Shown here: positions 62,700 through 64,000 of the stretch, in pieces
Layout: every line of letters begins with the position of its first letter
How positions within the stretch are numbered: position 1 is the stretch's first letter
Source of the DNA: Botryllus schlosseri
Lineage: Eukaryota
Direction: 5' to 3'
Assembly (NCBI GenBank): GCA_051294905.1
Contig: CM119373.1
Location: 3,970,001-4,034,000 of the forward strand
Length of the DNA stretch: 64,000 nucleotides
The notes under the pieces: generated by a model
Told to the model about the DNA's origin: nothing
The model's database searches: none
The model's input: the letters and a program-made list of their open reading frames with translations, nothing else
Made by a program: the position numbers and the translations under genes

Positions 62700-64000
62700 G
62701 GGGGAGACTACCTCTCGAATTGAAAAATTAGTGAAATGCCTCTTACTTCAAAACTAATAGAGCTATCTATCTGAAATTTGGGCACAAGGTGTTTTAGTTG
62801 ACATCCTAAATTTGACAAAAATTTCGCGTTATATGGTAAACGCTTTTTTGATTTTTATCGAATTTTGTGATTTTTCGGGCTAATTTCTAGGAAAAATTTT
62901 CACATCAACATTTTTCAATAGATTCGTTCCTTAATGCTCTTTAGGGATTAAAATAGATCTAATGCACCAGACAGGACTTTTTTTCTAGCCCTACAAGGAG
63001 TGACATATGAAAGAAAATCATTTTTTTGAAAAAAATTGAAAAAATAGCATTTTTCGACTTTCACGGATAATTGTGGATAGACCCCTTACCAATACCACGA
63101 AAAAAAAAGTCCTGTCTGGTTCAGCATCCCAAGATATGTCTATCTTCAAATTTTCAAGTTGATTGGATAATTTTTTCTGCCTCAAAAATGGTCACTAGTA
63201 CTCATAGTTACGCAAAATCAAAATTTCGAGAAAAAGCCATTTTAATTTCGCAACACATAAACGTAACAGTTATACTTTGAAAACTTCATTTTAGCATAGT
63301 TTGTACACTCAAACACTCCCAGGAGTATATGTTTTCTTTCAGCATTTTCAAGTTTTATGGTTTCGATATCGTTATTCATTGTTGCACTGATCTGAGCTAG
63401 TTGATTTCCATTCTTTGAAATCCATTTTCCCTCATGATTTCACATGATTTGCTGTAGTTGCTCCGGTAGTCGACAATAAAACGTGAGTGGCTAGTTCCAA
63501 AATCCAATGCCATACTTGTTTCTTGCTTGTATATGTTCTTTCATGCCATGCAGCATGGCATGGATTGAGATTGTGATATCTGTAAAGCACTAATCCGGAG
63601 TCTCACAGTCTTCAATCCTATCATTTTATCGCCAAAAAACAGTCACCAAACCCTGTCTCTGAGTACACGGGAACCACAAGCTACGAAATGCCAAGCTCTG
63701 AATATGGTTTGTTTACATGTGTTGTAACGCATCATTGATCAAACCATAGATCTCGCAAATAACACTAGATCTTCACGATCAAGCCTAGGGACCAGACACT
63801 CGGGTTATTGGTGGTTGTTGCGCCGTGAGTTGATAATTAGGGGGGGGGTGACTGGATAGGGTAATAAAATGTTAAATTTTACATACTTAGGCTTATCCAA
63901 TCCTTACAAAACTTGGGTAGATGAAAGATAACATCTAATGGTACAAATATCAATAAAAATAAAAATTTTGAATCTTTTTCATTTCCAGGGGTAGTCTCCC
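62700..64000. mobile_element. TA-flanked DNA transposon derivative ending at the window edge
   Basis: ggggagactacc at the left end and ggtagtctccc at the right end. Confidence 0.75.

Overview
AT-rich, repeat-dominated animal nuclear DNA. The repeat spectrum suggests an invertebrate deuterostome such as a tunicate, but this is inference. The only host gene I can support is an intronless mitochondrial asparaginyl-tRNA synthetase (NARS2-like) on the minus strand, running off the left edge. The rest is a deeply nested transposon landscape: many hAT-type MITEs with 8-bp TSDs, TA-flanked pogo-like elements, a two-gene ISL2EU-like element, a foldback element built from telomere-like repeats, tRNA-derived SINEs, LINE tails and two decayed Gypsy pol copies from an old duplication. 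One Gypsy copy is split by a roughly 20 kb nested insertion (14913-35002). That insertion holds a young Penelope-like inverted duplication with two minimal hammerhead ribozymes. It also holds an unusual retrovirus-like element: tRNA-Ile PBS, a small pre-gag membrane-glycoprotein ORF, an open 614-aa Gag-like ORF with late domains, a protease, no visible RT or integrase, and env-like remnants upstream. All calls were made by eye without database searches.
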